36,230 nt of DNA from a virus (lineage: Duplodnaviria > Caudoviricetes). Location of the stretch: positions 1 through 36,230 of IMG/VR virus record IMGVR_UViG_3300048854_000263; one strand, 5' to 3'. The notes below the pieces were generated by a model. The model was not told the origin of the DNA, made no database searches, and saw nothing but the letters and a program-made list of their open reading frames with translations. Shown in pieces: positions 16,695-25,340 of this stretch. Every line of letters starts with the position of its first letter. Position 1 is the stretch's first letter. A program made the position numbers and the translations under genes.

Positions 16695-16898
16695 ATGAAA
16701 AAGATCCCTTTGAACAAATACCTAGAAGAGCACGGCACGCAAGCCGCGCTTGCTGCTGCTCTCGGCGTGAACCAGAGCGCGATCTCGCAAATGGTTCGAG
16801 CTGGCAGAAGCATCGAAATCACCCTTTATGACGACGGGCGTATTGAGGCAAATGAGATTCGCCCGATTCCTGCGCGCCCCAAGCGCACCGCAGCCTGA
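16695..16898 (+). CDS. cro: Cro-like repressor
   Basis: TQAALAAALGVNQSAISQM HTH; divergent from cI. Confidence 0.92.
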   Translation: MKKIPLNKYLEEHGTQAALAAALGVNQSAISQMVRAGRSIEITLYDDGRIEANEIRPIPARPKRTAA

Positions 16899-16978
16899 GG
16901 CAGTCATTGCTTACTGCCCGACAAATGATCGCCGAGGCACTGGCAGGGCGCCACTGAAACAAATTTGAGGTTTTACGA

Positions 16979-17401
16979 ATGGAAGATTTTCTGCGGGCGT
17001 GCCAGAGCGCTGTCCTCGACAACGAAGCCAAGCCCCTTGCTGCAAAGATGGGCGTTCCTCACGTTGGCCTGCTTCAGCGCGCCAATCCGGACAACGACGC
17101 ACACCACCTGACCGTGGAGCATTTGTTCGGGATTCTGTTGCACACCGGCGACATGCGCCCTCTGGCTGCACTGGCGAGTGAATTTGGTTTCGACCTCGTT
17201 GCAAAAGTTGCGCCGGAGCCGCAAGCGTTGACCAAATCACTGATCAATGTCGGCAAAGAGGTCGCCGATCTGACCATCGCGGTGCACCAGGCGCTGGATG
17301 ACAACCACGTCAGTTCTTTCGAGAAAAACTTGATCCGCCAGGAGATCAACCACGTTCGGCAGAGCCTAGACGTAATGGACGCCTCGGTGAAGGCCGCCTG
17401 A
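16979..17401 (+). CDS. CII-like phage regulatory protein
   Basis: LAAKMGV...ANPDNDAHHLT motif; position after cro. Confidence 0.8.
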   Translation: MEDFLRACQSAVLDNEAKPLAAKMGVPHVGLLQRANPDNDAHHLTVEHLFGILLHTGDMRPLAALASEFGFDLVAKVAPEPQALTKSLINVGKEVADLTIAVHQALDDNHVSSFEKNLIRQEINHVRQSLDVMDASVKAA

Positions 17402-17411
17402 ATTCCGGGCA

Positions 17412-17438
17412 CAAAAAAGCCGACGGAGAAGGTCGGCT
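17412..17438 (-). terminator. leftward intrinsic terminator (oop-like position)
   Basis: AGCCGAC-loop-GTCGGCT followed by a T-run on the minus strand. Confidence 0.55.
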
Positions 17439-17465
17439 AATTCGCAAAACTAGAGAGGCCCGATT

Positions 17466-17579
17466 ATGCAGAGCCATCCCATTTCGAGCAATACCCCGAA
17501 CAATGTCGCGACACGTTTTCAGAATTCTCAAAACGTGTCGCGAGCTTTTATCTTTTCCGTTCAGGTCAGGAACACCTGA
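17466..17579 (+). pseudogene. short ORF, probable N-terminal remnant of an antirepressor/Rha-type gene; contains a 38-bp palindrome
   Basis: GAGG SD; NVATRFQNSQNVSR recalled as an N-terminal motif of such proteins. Confidence 0.4.
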
Positions 17580-17580
17580 C

Positions 17581-17673
17581 ATGCAGTTCACCGTCACGAT
17601 CAATCAGGTGAAGGCATTTACGTTGGGTGTTAGCTCCCAGCAAGCCTTGCTCGTTGCTGGAGGTTGCACATGA
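17581..17673 (+). pseudogene. remnant N-terminus of an alternative replication protein (MQFTVTINQVKA...SQQALL)
   Basis: AGGA SD; stop overlaps the ATG of the current initiator gene. Confidence 0.5.
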
Positions 17674-18596
17674 GCATGTGCCTTATGGTCGCCGCGATGA
17701 AGCTTCGCGTCGGCAATCCACTTCGCAAACTTGTGCTCATCAAGCTGGCAGACAATGCCAGTGATATGGGGGAATGCTGGCCGTCCTATCAGCACATCGC
17801 CGATCAGTGCGAGATCAGCAAGCGTTCGGTTATGAACCACATCACCGCGCTGTGTGAGTCAGGGCTGCTGCGCAAGGAAATTAGGAAGGGTGGGCCGAAG
17901 GGCAACTCGTCGAACGTTTACTTCCTGACCCTTGATGGTGGTGCACCTCCTGCACCAGGGGTAGTGCAGCAGATTCACCAGGGTGGTGCAGGAGGTTCAC
18001 CCCCTAGTGAATCTCCTGCACTAGGGGGTAGTGCAGGAGCTGCACCCAGAACCAGTCACTCTTCTGAACCAGTCAATGAACCGGTCATTGAACCAATTGC
18101 ACCCCCGGCTTCCGCCGAGGTTGTGCCGGCTCAGTCCCGCAACCTAGTGCTGGTGGTTGATCGTACCGATACGCCACGGGTTGAGATTCCCGCTGACATG
18201 CCGGGCCCGAAAGACCAATCCTGCAAAACCTTCAAGGTCTGGGCGAACTACGCCATGGCCTACCGCAAGCGCTACAGCACTTGGCCTGTGTGGAACGCCA
18301 AGGTTGGTGGCCAGCTCGGCCAACTGGTCGACCGGCTCGGCGCCGATGTCGCCCACCACGTCGCCGCTCACTACCTGAAGACCAGCGACGCCGGCGTCCT
18401 GCGCAAGTGCCACAGCCTCAATGAGCTGCTGGCCAACGCCGAGAGCTACCACACCCAGTGGGTGACCGGTCAGCGCATCAATGGGACCACCGCGCGCCAG
18501 ATGGAACGCACCGAGGCGAACGTATCCGCCGCCGAACAGGCCGCGCAAATGGTCTTGGCGAAGCGCAAAGCAGGAGAGCGCAATGAGTACCTTTGA
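17670..18596 (+). CDS. replication initiator (O-like, N-terminal winged helix)
   Basis: KLVLIKLADNA...GECWPSYQHIADQCEISKRSV; internal iterons. Confidence 0.88.
   Translation: MSMCLMVAAMKLRVGNPLRKLVLIKLADNASDMGECWPSYQHIADQCEISKRSVMNHITALCESGLLRKEIRKGGPKGNSSNVYFLTLDGGAPPAPGVVQQIHQGGAGGSPPSESPALGGSAGAAPRTSHSSEPVNEPVIEPIAPPASAEVVPAQSRNLVLVVDRTDTPRVEIPADMPGPKDQSCKTFKVWANYAMAYRKRYSTWPVWNAKVGGQLGQLVDRLGADVAHHVAAHYLKTSDAGVLRKCHSLNELLANAESYHTQWVTGQRINGTTARQMERTEANVSAAEQAAQMVLAKRKAGERNEYL
17940..18095. repeat. replication origin iterons
   Basis: Five 17-bp imperfect palindromes RGTGMA-N5-TKCACY at 17940, 17963, 17985, 18006 and 18030, then GAACCRGTCA repeats. Confidence 0.8.
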
Positions 18597-19380
18597 AATG
18601 AACGACCAGCAGGTTGCTGGCCTCGCCGCCGCGATCTGCGCTACCGCCGAGGCCATGGGGCAGGAGATGAATCCAGGCACCGCCGCGATGATGGCCGAAG
18701 ATCTTTGCGCGTACTCGGTGCCTGCTGTGAAGGCTGCGCTGAAGGCCTGCCGCTTTGACGTGAAGGGCAAGCTGGCGATGGCCGACATCCTCCAGCGAGT
18801 GCAGGCCGCTGACGGCCGTCCAGGCAAGGACGAGGCTTGGGCGATCGCCATGACCACCAACGATGAATTTGAAACCGTGGTGCTGACCGACGAAATCCAG
18901 CTAGCCCTGGCTGCCGCCAAACCCGTCCTCGATGCCGGCGACAAGGTCGGTGCGCGCATGGCATTCAACAGCGCTTACGAGCGTCTGGTAAGGCAAGCCC
19001 GAGAGGACAGTAAAGAGGTGAACTGGCATGTGTCTGTCGGCTTCGACGCCAACCGCCGCACACAGGCGATCACCAAAGCCGTGCAGATGCAGCGAGTCCC
19101 ACAGGAGCGCGCTCAGCAGTACTTGGCCGACTTGAGTGTCGCGCCGGTCACTGAAGATGGTAGGGCCGTGGTTGCGCTGCTCACTGGTGAGGTCGCACGG
19201 CCTTCCCCAAAGCTGCGAGAGAAGCTCGCCGCGGTGAAGGACTCGATGCTGGCGATGCGCAAAGCCTCGGACGAGGAAAAAACAGAACTGCGAATTTTGG
19301 CAGCCAACGATCTGGCCGATCGCCGGGCGCTGCTGATTCGGCAGGCCGAACAATTGGAAGCAGGGAGCGCTGCTCGATGA
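18583..19380 (+). CDS. replication-associated protein (lambda P position)
   Basis: Overlaps the initiator stop; GGAG SD. Confidence 0.75.
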   Translation: MSTFEMNDQQVAGLAAAICATAEAMGQEMNPGTAAMMAEDLCAYSVPAVKAALKACRFDVKGKLAMADILQRVQAADGRPGKDEAWAIAMTTNDEFETVVLTDEIQLALAAAKPVLDAGDKVGARMAFNSAYERLVRQAREDSKEVNWHVSVGFDANRRTQAITKAVQMQRVPQERAQQYLADLSVAPVTEDGRAVVALLTGEVARPSPKLREKLAAVKDSMLAMRKASDEEKTELRILAANDLADRRALLIRQAEQLEAGSAAR

Positions 19381-19604
19381 ACATCGATAAACAAAAACTC
19401 CAGAAATTGCTCTGGGCTGAGGCCGCGTCATACCGCGCAGATTGCGCGAACTGGAAACGCAACACTGAGGCTCTTCAGGATTTCCTCGGCGAAAAGACTG
19501 TGGAGGAGGTGGCGCTGGAGCTGTTGGCCGAGAACGAACGACTGACGCAGCAGCTCAGTGAGTTGATCGACGGATTACCCAACAAGGTGGCCGCCCATGG
19601 CTGA
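19377..19604 (+). CDS. phage hypothetical protein
   Basis: ATGA coupling. Confidence 0.75.
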   Translation: MNIDKQKLQKLLWAEAASYRADCANWKRNTEALQDFLGEKTVEEVALELLAENERLTQQLSELIDGLPNKVAAHG

Positions 19605-20067
19605 CAAAATCTCCGTGAACTGCCAGGCCAAGCTTTCCGAGGCTATCACCGCTATCAGTGCCATGTACCGCGACAAGAAGTTCGTGGTGGTCTCGCTGCG
19701 CCCCGGCAAGGACCGGACGTTGGACCAGAACCGACTGTGGTTCGCGATGTACAAGCGCATCGCTGAAATGACGCAGATCGGCGACGCGGCGGACGCTCGC
19801 CGATACTGCAAGTTGCACATCGGCGTGCAGATCCTGCTGAACGAAGACGCCGGATTCCAGGCTGAGTGGTACCGGGTGATGCGCCATCTTCCGTACGCAA
19901 CAAAGTTGGAAATGATGGGGGGCTGTCATTTGTTCGGCCCGGACGGGTTCCCGGTGACCAGTCTTTTCAATCGAGCCCAGGGCGTGGCGTACACCGACCG
20001 CATTGTCGCGCGCTTCGCACCGCAAGGTGTGTACTTCGATGATCTGCTGAGCCAGGAGGCCGCATGA
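19597..20067 (+). CDS. NinB/Orf-like protein
   Basis: RTLDQNRLW motif; upstream of ninG. Confidence 0.7.
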   Translation: MADKISVNCQAKLSEAITAISAMYRDKKFVVVSLRPGKDRTLDQNRLWFAMYKRIAEMTQIGDAADARRYCKLHIGVQILLNEDAGFQAEWYRVMRHLPYATKLEMMGGCHLFGPDGFPVTSLFNRAQGVAYTDRIVARFAPQGVYFDDLLSQEAA

Positions 20068-20669
20068 CGATTGAAAGGAAGCAGCCGCGCCCGAAAAAGT
20101 GCTCAGTCAAAACCTGCAGGGCCTCATTCGTCCCGAAGGTGAGCTTTCAGTCTTGGTGCTCGCCGGACTGCGCCGTTGTCATCGCGCGGGACAAGCAGGA
20201 GAAGAAGCGCAAGTCGCTGGCCAGCATCGAGCGCCGCGAGATCAAGGTACGCAAAGAGAAGCTGAAGAGCAGGGCGGATCACCTACGCGAAGCCCAAGCT
20301 GCTGTGAACGAGTTCGTCCGCCTGCGTGACGCACACCTTCCGTGCATCAGCTGCGACTCGATGCCGAATGACAGCGACCTGATCACCGGCAGCCGCTGGG
20401 ACGCTGGGCATTACCGATCCGTGGGTGCCTGCCCGGAACTGCGTTTCGAGCCCCTGAACATCCATCGTCAGTGCGTGAAGTGCAACCGTAACCTGTCCGG
20501 TAACGCGGTCGAGTACCGCATCAGGTTGGTGCAGCGCATCGGCGCCGAAGTCGTGGCTTGGCTCGAAGGGCCTCATGAGTCCCGCAAGTACACCGTCGAA
20601 GAAATCAAAACCATCAAGGCCGAATACCGGGCCAAGACCCGAGAACTGAAAAAGGGGCAGGCAGCATGA
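20064..20669 (+). CDS. ninG: NinG/Rap recombination endonuclease
   Basis: RLRD..LPCISC...WDAGHYRS...NIHRQCVKCN. Confidence 0.92.
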   Translation: MTIERKQPRPKKCSVKTCRASFVPKVSFQSWCSPDCAVVIARDKQEKKRKSLASIERREIKVRKEKLKSRADHLREAQAAVNEFVRLRDAHLPCISCDSMPNDSDLITGSRWDAGHYRSVGACPELRFEPLNIHRQCVKCNRNLSGNAVEYRIRLVQRIGAEVVAWLEGPHESRKYTVEEIKTIKAEYRAKTRELKKGQAA

Positions 20670-21346
20670 ATTACCACAACGTGATCTCAGCAGTAGTCCG
20701 GGCCTTGGCCGCCGAGACGATCAACAGTTCCGGCGGATGCAACGTCGAGCCCCGGGTGCAGGCAAGCAAGCTCAAGGGGGAGATATCCGGAAAGGATGCC
20801 GCGCTGTTGGCTGACTGCATCGTGCACAAGCTCCTGCACGCCCAGCTTTCCCCGAGGCATTGGAATGCTCTGGTGGCGAAGTACAGCACGCACCGCGGCC
20901 GTAAGATCGACTCCATCGGCCGGCTGGTCGCCGTGGTGAAGACTCCGGCACCCCAGCGTTTCACTCAGCAGGCCGTCTTGGTCTGGGCAGTGCCGCAGCA
21001 GGTGAAAGGTATTCAGCGAGCGGTAACGCAGATTAAGGCGCCGAAGCACCGGGAGAACAAAGAGAAAGGGCAGTGGGACTGGCGCAACGCGGCGGCTGAT
21101 GCTGACGTTGCCCGGGCCAACAAGCATGGGCGCGCCGTCGTAGAGGAAAAGCCCGGCGAGATGATCGTGCTCGCCGATTCGAACTACGACATGACGAATT
21201 GGGATTCTCAGGGGCTCACCGAGCGCACCTACCAGCGCTGGAACAAGGCCATCAAAGAGGGTTTGGAGTCGCTTGTGAACGAGGCTCTGGTCGAGGCGCA
21301 ACACATGCTCGAAGCGGTCGGGGTGCTGGAAAGTGAGGCGGCGTGA
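20666..21346 (+). CDS. probable late antiterminator/regulator (Q position)
   Basis: Last gene of the early-right operon, followed by a promoter-like sequence and terminators; C-terminal TERTYQRW helix. Confidence 0.6.
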   Translation: MNYHNVISAVVRALAAETINSSGGCNVEPRVQASKLKGEISGKDAALLADCIVHKLLHAQLSPRHWNALVAKYSTHRGRKIDSIGRLVAVVKTPAPQRFTQQAVLVWAVPQQVKGIQRAVTQIKAPKHRENKEKGQWDWRNAAADADVARANKHGRAVVEEKPGEMIVLADSNYDMTNWDSQGLTERTYQRWNKAIKEGLESLVNEALVEAQHMLEAVGVLESEAA

Positions 21347-21365
21347 AATAGTCCCTCAAAAGGGC

Positions 21366-21395
21366 TTGCAATGTCCTGTCGCCATGTCGCATTAT
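21366..21395 (+). promoter_or_regulatory. putative late promoter PR'
   Basis: TTGCAA-N18-CATTAT just after the Q-position gene. Confidence 0.45.
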
Positions 21396-21429
21396 TCACC
21401 CATCCTGTCATTCCTGCGCGTATCGAGGA

Positions 21430-21684
21430 GTGACGAACCTTCTCCCTGGAGCAGCGGCATCACTTGTTGTGGCTGGAGTCGTAGCGGGCACCGTGGGTTT
21501 TCTAGCGTTGGTAGCTGTAAACCTGATGTATCTCAAGGTGCAAGAGCCGACCGTAGCGGCCTCGACTACGAAGGAGGATAACGAGATGGTGAAAAAAACC
21601 GATTTGGCGTTTCTGAACACAATTCAAAACACCGGTGCCGGTCTCGTCTCCAGCCTCATCATTGCCGGTCTGATTCGAGCCTAA
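21430..21684 (+). CDS. small two-TM membrane protein (moron); start uncertain
   Basis: Two hydrophobic segments; followed by a terminator. Confidence 0.45.
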   Translation: MTNLLPGAAASLVVAGVVAGTVGFLALVAVNLMYLKVQEPTVAASTTKEDNEMVKKTDLAFLNTIQNTGAGLVSSLIIAGLIRA

Positions 21685-21696
21685 CGGCTCACCAAT

Positions 21697-21744
21697 CCCC
21701 GCCTAGTGCGGGGTGTTTTTAAACCCGCCTAGTGCGGGTTTTTT
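21697..21744 (+). terminator. tandem duplicated intrinsic terminators (tR'-like)
   Basis: CCCGCCTAGTGCGGG twice, each followed by a T-run. Confidence 0.85.
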
Positions 21745-21766
21745 ATTGCCTCGAATTTACCTGTAG

Positions 21767-21960
21767 CCAGGACAGCCTTCGGGAAGGCCTGGACGTCGAT
21801 AGCCGGATAGTGCGACGTACGGAATCAACACCGGCAGCCCGCGTACCCTGACCTCACCAACTGCTGCAGGGTAGCGCGAGACTGGATCAGCGAGATCGAT
21901 GCATGGGGGCGTCGACGTGGATCCGGCCTTTGGCGGACAGCTCGGAAAGACGAACGCACC
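21767..21960 (+). ncRNA. candidate structured RNA in the late leader
   Basis: Nested stems, no ORF. Confidence 0.5.
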
Positions 21961-22077
21961 TATTTAGACCTCTAACAACTGCTCGCATCAGCCATTCGTC
22001 CAATGACCGGCACTTGTCGCGCCCTGACTCCTCACACGCTTAAGCACGGATCCCCGCGCACCGATAGGAGAAGCATC

Positions 22078-22365
22078 ATGGAAATCGACGAGAATGCACC
22101 AGGCAATCAATCCCAGCAGGCTGTGACGCGCACGACTGACAATGAAACCGGGCACGACCCGAAGCGCAACGTGCCAGAGGTCCCACTACCGGTGGATGAC
22201 GAGGCTCCGCTCGAAGAAGACATGACGGATGTAGACGCGGCGAATGCTGTTTCGAAAGAGCATCCCGGTTCTGGTGACAACGGAAGTTTCAGTGACAGCG
22301 ATTTGAGCGACAGCGCAAAGGAACCGCGTGGTGTTCCGGCCAGCGATCCAGAGGCAGGCGCGTAA
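22078..22365 (+). CDS. acidic, likely disordered accessory protein
   Basis: AGGAG SD; D/E/P/S-rich; followed by a terminator. Confidence 0.75.
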   Translation: MEIDENAPGNQSQQAVTRTTDNETGHDPKRNVPEVPLPVDDEAPLEEDMTDVDAANAVSKEHPGSGDNGSFSDSDLSDSAKEPRGVPASDPEAGA

Positions 22366-22378
22366 ACGAGTGACCATC

Positions 22379-22406
22379 AAAAAGCCCGCGACGTTGCGGG
22401 CTTTTC
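22379..22406. terminator. bidirectional intrinsic terminator
   Basis: AAAAAGCCCGC-loop-GCGGGCTTTT between convergent genes. Confidence 0.85.
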
Positions 22407-22413
22407 ATTTCAG

Positions 22414-22650
22414 CTATTTTTTCATGGCGCGCTTGATGCGCATCCAGTCTTGGTAAGCAGCTGTTCGCTGGGCATCTGCCCGCGCTTTTGCTTCGGAAAA
22501 GCGTGTCCAAGCATCAGGTCCCTGATCTTGATCAATGATTCTGTAAGCTGCTTCGTCGAGCAGATCTGCTTGGCGGAATAGCTCAGTATTTGCATTTATC
22601 TGGTCATCCCAGAAGTGTTCATCAGATGGTGCAAATATGCTGATGACCAT
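22414..22650 (-). CDS. small accessory protein
   Basis: GGAGG SD within the upstream gene end. Confidence 0.7.
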   Translation of the reverse strand: MVISIFAPSDEHFWDDQINANTELFRQADLLDEAAYRIIDQDQGPDAWTRFSEAKARADAQRTAAYQDWMRIKRAMKK

Positions 22651-22653
22651 TGC

Positions 22654-22902
22654 CTAAACCTCCTCCCACGTGACTGGCACGGACTCGCGCCACTTCACGT
22701 CGGTGATACCGAAGCGTTCCGCCATTGGCTTCGAGAAGCGCTTCAGCGGAGGTCGATCCGGTTTTGGAATGGGGGCAATGCCGGCGTCACAGCTCGCCCA
22801 CTGCCAAGCCTCTGCATTGTTCATCAGCTTTGAGCGGATGATGAAAGACTTCGGCTCCCCATAGAGTCTGTACTCAATTAGGTAAATAGCAACATTGCTC
22901 AC
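22654..22902 (-). CDS. small accessory protein (resembles DUF6555 family)
   Basis: AAGGAG SD before GTG; AEAWQWASCDAG motif. Confidence 0.7.
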   Translation of the reverse strand: MSNVAIYLIEYRLYGEPKSFIIRSKLMNNAEAWQWASCDAGIAPIPKPDRPPLKRFSKPMAERFGITDVKWRESVPVTWEEV

Positions 22903-23167
22903 GAGTACTACTCCTTTCTGGCTCATGAGTAAGTGATATTTGGTGGTACGAAAGATTCAAAGAATTGTCTGACAATTCATAATTTGTTGATTCAGCTCAC
23001 GTTCTTTGGAGTGTTTCAGTGCCTATTCAGGGTCTCTGCATTTGCAGGGGCTTTTCGTTTTCGGCTCCCCACACCCTTCGCTTCAAGCTGGGAGTGCTGT
23101 TCGAGCCGATTCAATCCGCAGACTAGGTCTGCACTTATTCATCACTCCCTTACGGGGAGGAACCGAG

Positions 23168-23500
23168 ATGCCAAACATGCCAGACAAACCAGACACATGG
23201 GCGATAGCGCTTGCGTGGTTGAGCCAGCATTCGCCAATCCTTTATGCGGCTGCGCTGTCCTGCTCCATGGCCGTTCTGCGGATTACCTACGGTGGCGGCA
23301 CCCGTCGCCAGATGCTGGTGGAAGGCGCTATCTGCGGCGGCCTGACACTGACCATCATCAGCGGCCTGGACTTCTTCGGCCTGCCACAGAGCATGGCCAC
23401 CTTTGCCGGTGGCTGGGTTGGCTTTCTGGGTGTGGAGAAGATCCGCAACATCGCGGATCGGGTGACTGACTTCAAATTGCCTAACCGGAAGACCGAGTGA
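23168..23500 (+). CDS. lambda-family phage holin
   Basis: Three TM segments, GGWVGFLGVEKIR, basic C-tail; possible dual start (M1/M4). Confidence 0.9.
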   Translation: MPNMPDKPDTWAIALAWLSQHSPILYAAALSCSMAVLRITYGGGTRRQMLVEGAICGGLTLTIISGLDFFGLPQSMATFAGGWVGFLGVEKIRNIADRVTDFKLPNRKTE

Positions 23501-23610
23501 GTCGCCACACGTTCCGAGAATAGGCAAATTGTGTCACGACCTGCAGGTGCCTCGCCCCGTGATCGTGCGCACAACCAAATCGCCTCGCCTGAGCTATCAA
23601 AAAGGCGGCG

Positions 23611-23865
23611 CTATACGGCGAGGAGACCTTGAGGGTTCTCGCCGTTTAGCCGTAGGCACTCAGCTTCAGCGGCAACACGAGTCGGGTAACTGCCATCCAG
23701 TCTGCATTTTTTCTCATTGTCGTAGATGTTGAAATTCAGCTGCCTCATGGAACGATAGAAGACCGAGGTATGGCGAGATGACCCTGGTTTATCCGGAGCT
23801 GCCGGAACGACTGCAAATTTTGGAATCACGCCGCACACCTCGATAATCGATGCAGCTCGGATCAT
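23611..23865 (-). CDS. hypothetical accessory protein
   Basis: ORF only; start uncertain. Confidence 0.4.
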   Translation of the reverse strand: MIRAASIIEVCGVIPKFAVVPAAPDKPGSSRHTSVFYRSMRQLNFNIYDNEKKCRLDGSYPTRVAAEAECLRLNGENPQGLLAV

Positions 23866-24115
23866 TAGGCATAGCTGGGCGTTCCGAAGGAATCAACATT
23901 ACCCGTGGATATCCGATGAACAGTCGCAAGTTGGAAAAGTCGATTTTGAATGCCGAAGGCGAGTCAGTCGTTAGCCATTTAGCTTCACAGCCGAAAGCGC
24001 ACGCTCCTCTCTAAACGAGTAGAAAACCCCAAGGGTTGCGCCTGAGTTTAGGTTTCATTCAACCGGGGTTGAGCAATAGCGGTAATACGCCGTTATTTAT
24101 GACCTAAGGTGACCC

Positions 24116-24739
24116 ATGGTAAGGCCATATCCTCCAGCGTCACTGCTCGAGCAGTCAGAGCTGTCTGATTTCGGCATCCGCCTGGCTCCCGCTCCAGAAG
24201 TGCGGGAGTGGCTGCAAGCCGAGATCCTCGCCGACACCGGCAGCATCCACAACGAGGACCACGCCCATCTAATCGATGCGGACATTCGTGTGATGTGGGC
24301 GTCTGCCGCCTTCACGAAGAAGGGACGCACGGTGGTGGGCCAAGCCGAGCAGGTAGCGTTCCGCGCGGGCGGTTGGCAGAAAGCCCGGATGGAGCAACAG
24401 ATGATGGACTGGTTCGGCGACGTGCCGGCTTTCATCATCACCTTGGCTGCCGACTACTGCGCCGACTGTTCCGACGCTGACTTCTGCGCGTTGGTCGAGC
24501 ATGAGTTATTTCATATAGCTCAAGAGCTTGATCAGTACGGGGCTCCAAAATTTACAAAAGGGGGCGCGCCAAAGCTTTGTATCCGCGGGCATGATGTCGA
24601 GGAATTTGTTGGTGTCGTCAGGCGATACGGCGCATCAAAAGACGTCCAGCGAATGGTTGACGCGGCGAACGGTTCCCCAGAGGTCTCAAAGGCTTCGATT
24701 GCCCGGTCCTGTGGTACTTGCATCAGAGGAGTTGCATAG
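24116..24739 (+). CDS. putative phage metallopeptidase
   Basis: HELFH (HExxH) plus GHDVEEFVGVVRRYG. Confidence 0.85.
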   Translation: MVRPYPPASLLEQSELSDFGIRLAPAPEVREWLQAEILADTGSIHNEDHAHLIDADIRVMWASAAFTKKGRTVVGQAEQVAFRAGGWQKARMEQQMMDWFGDVPAFIITLAADYCADCSDADFCALVEHELFHIAQELDQYGAPKFTKGGAPKLCIRGHDVEEFVGVVRRYGASKDVQRMVDAANGSPEVSKASIARSCGTCIRGVA

Positions 24740-25249
24740 GTGGAAGAGCAATGGAAACAGATTCTGGACTGGCCCAACTATGCGGTCAGTGATCGTGGAC
24801 GAATCAAGAGACTTACGACGCGAAACAGCGGAGTCGCTGGAGCAATTCTTTCGCAGTTCCTGGTCTCCGGGTATCCGTCGGTGAACCTAACCGATTCCGG
24901 AAAGCGAAAATCCGTGCGTGTCCACCGCCTGGTTGCTGAAGCTTTCCTGCCAAAGCCAGTGGACGCCACCGAGGTAAATCATATTGATGCCTCTCGATCC
25001 AACAACGACCTGCTCAATCTGGAGTGGGTGAGCGCCTCAGGCAACCGGAAGCATGGATATGACCATGGCGCCAACGCAGCTGAAGGTGAGCGCAACGGCT
25101 ATTCCAAGCTTACTGAAGATCACGTTCGCGTCATTCGCGCGACCAAGCCGCTGACGAGATCGGTTCAGGCTGAGTTGGCTGATCAATTCGGCGTGTCGAT
25201 GGCGACCGTTAGGGATGTGGCAGCAAGAAGAACATGGGCGCACATCTGA
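24740..25249 (+). CDS. NUMOD4-HNH homing endonuclease
   Basis: EQWKQI...YAVSDRGRIK (NUMOD4); VHRLVAEAF...VNHID...NN...NLEWV. Confidence 0.92.
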   Translation: MEEQWKQILDWPNYAVSDRGRIKRLTTRNSGVAGAILSQFLVSGYPSVNLTDSGKRKSVRVHRLVAEAFLPKPVDATEVNHIDASRSNNDLLNLEWVSASGNRKHGYDHGANAAEGERNGYSKLTEDHVRVIRATKPLTRSVQAELADQFGVSMATVRDVAARRTWAHI

Positions 25250-25250
25250 A

Positions 25251-25310
25251 ATGACGCCGAAATCGAATATTGCGAGGGCCTGCGGAACCTGTCTGCTCAA
25301 GTCGGCCTGA
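25251..25310 (+). pseudogene. displaced original 3' end of the metallopeptidase gene
   Basis: KSNIARACGTCLLKSA* parallels KASIARSCGTCIRGVA*. Confidence 0.8.
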
Positions 25311-25340
25311 CTTTGACAGTACTTTGACGGATGCCCACTT

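Noticed and set aside
17940-18046. CRISPR-like mini array
   Set aside because: Units are 17 bp with 4-7 nt gaps inside the initiator gene, as expected for iterons; no spacers or cas genes
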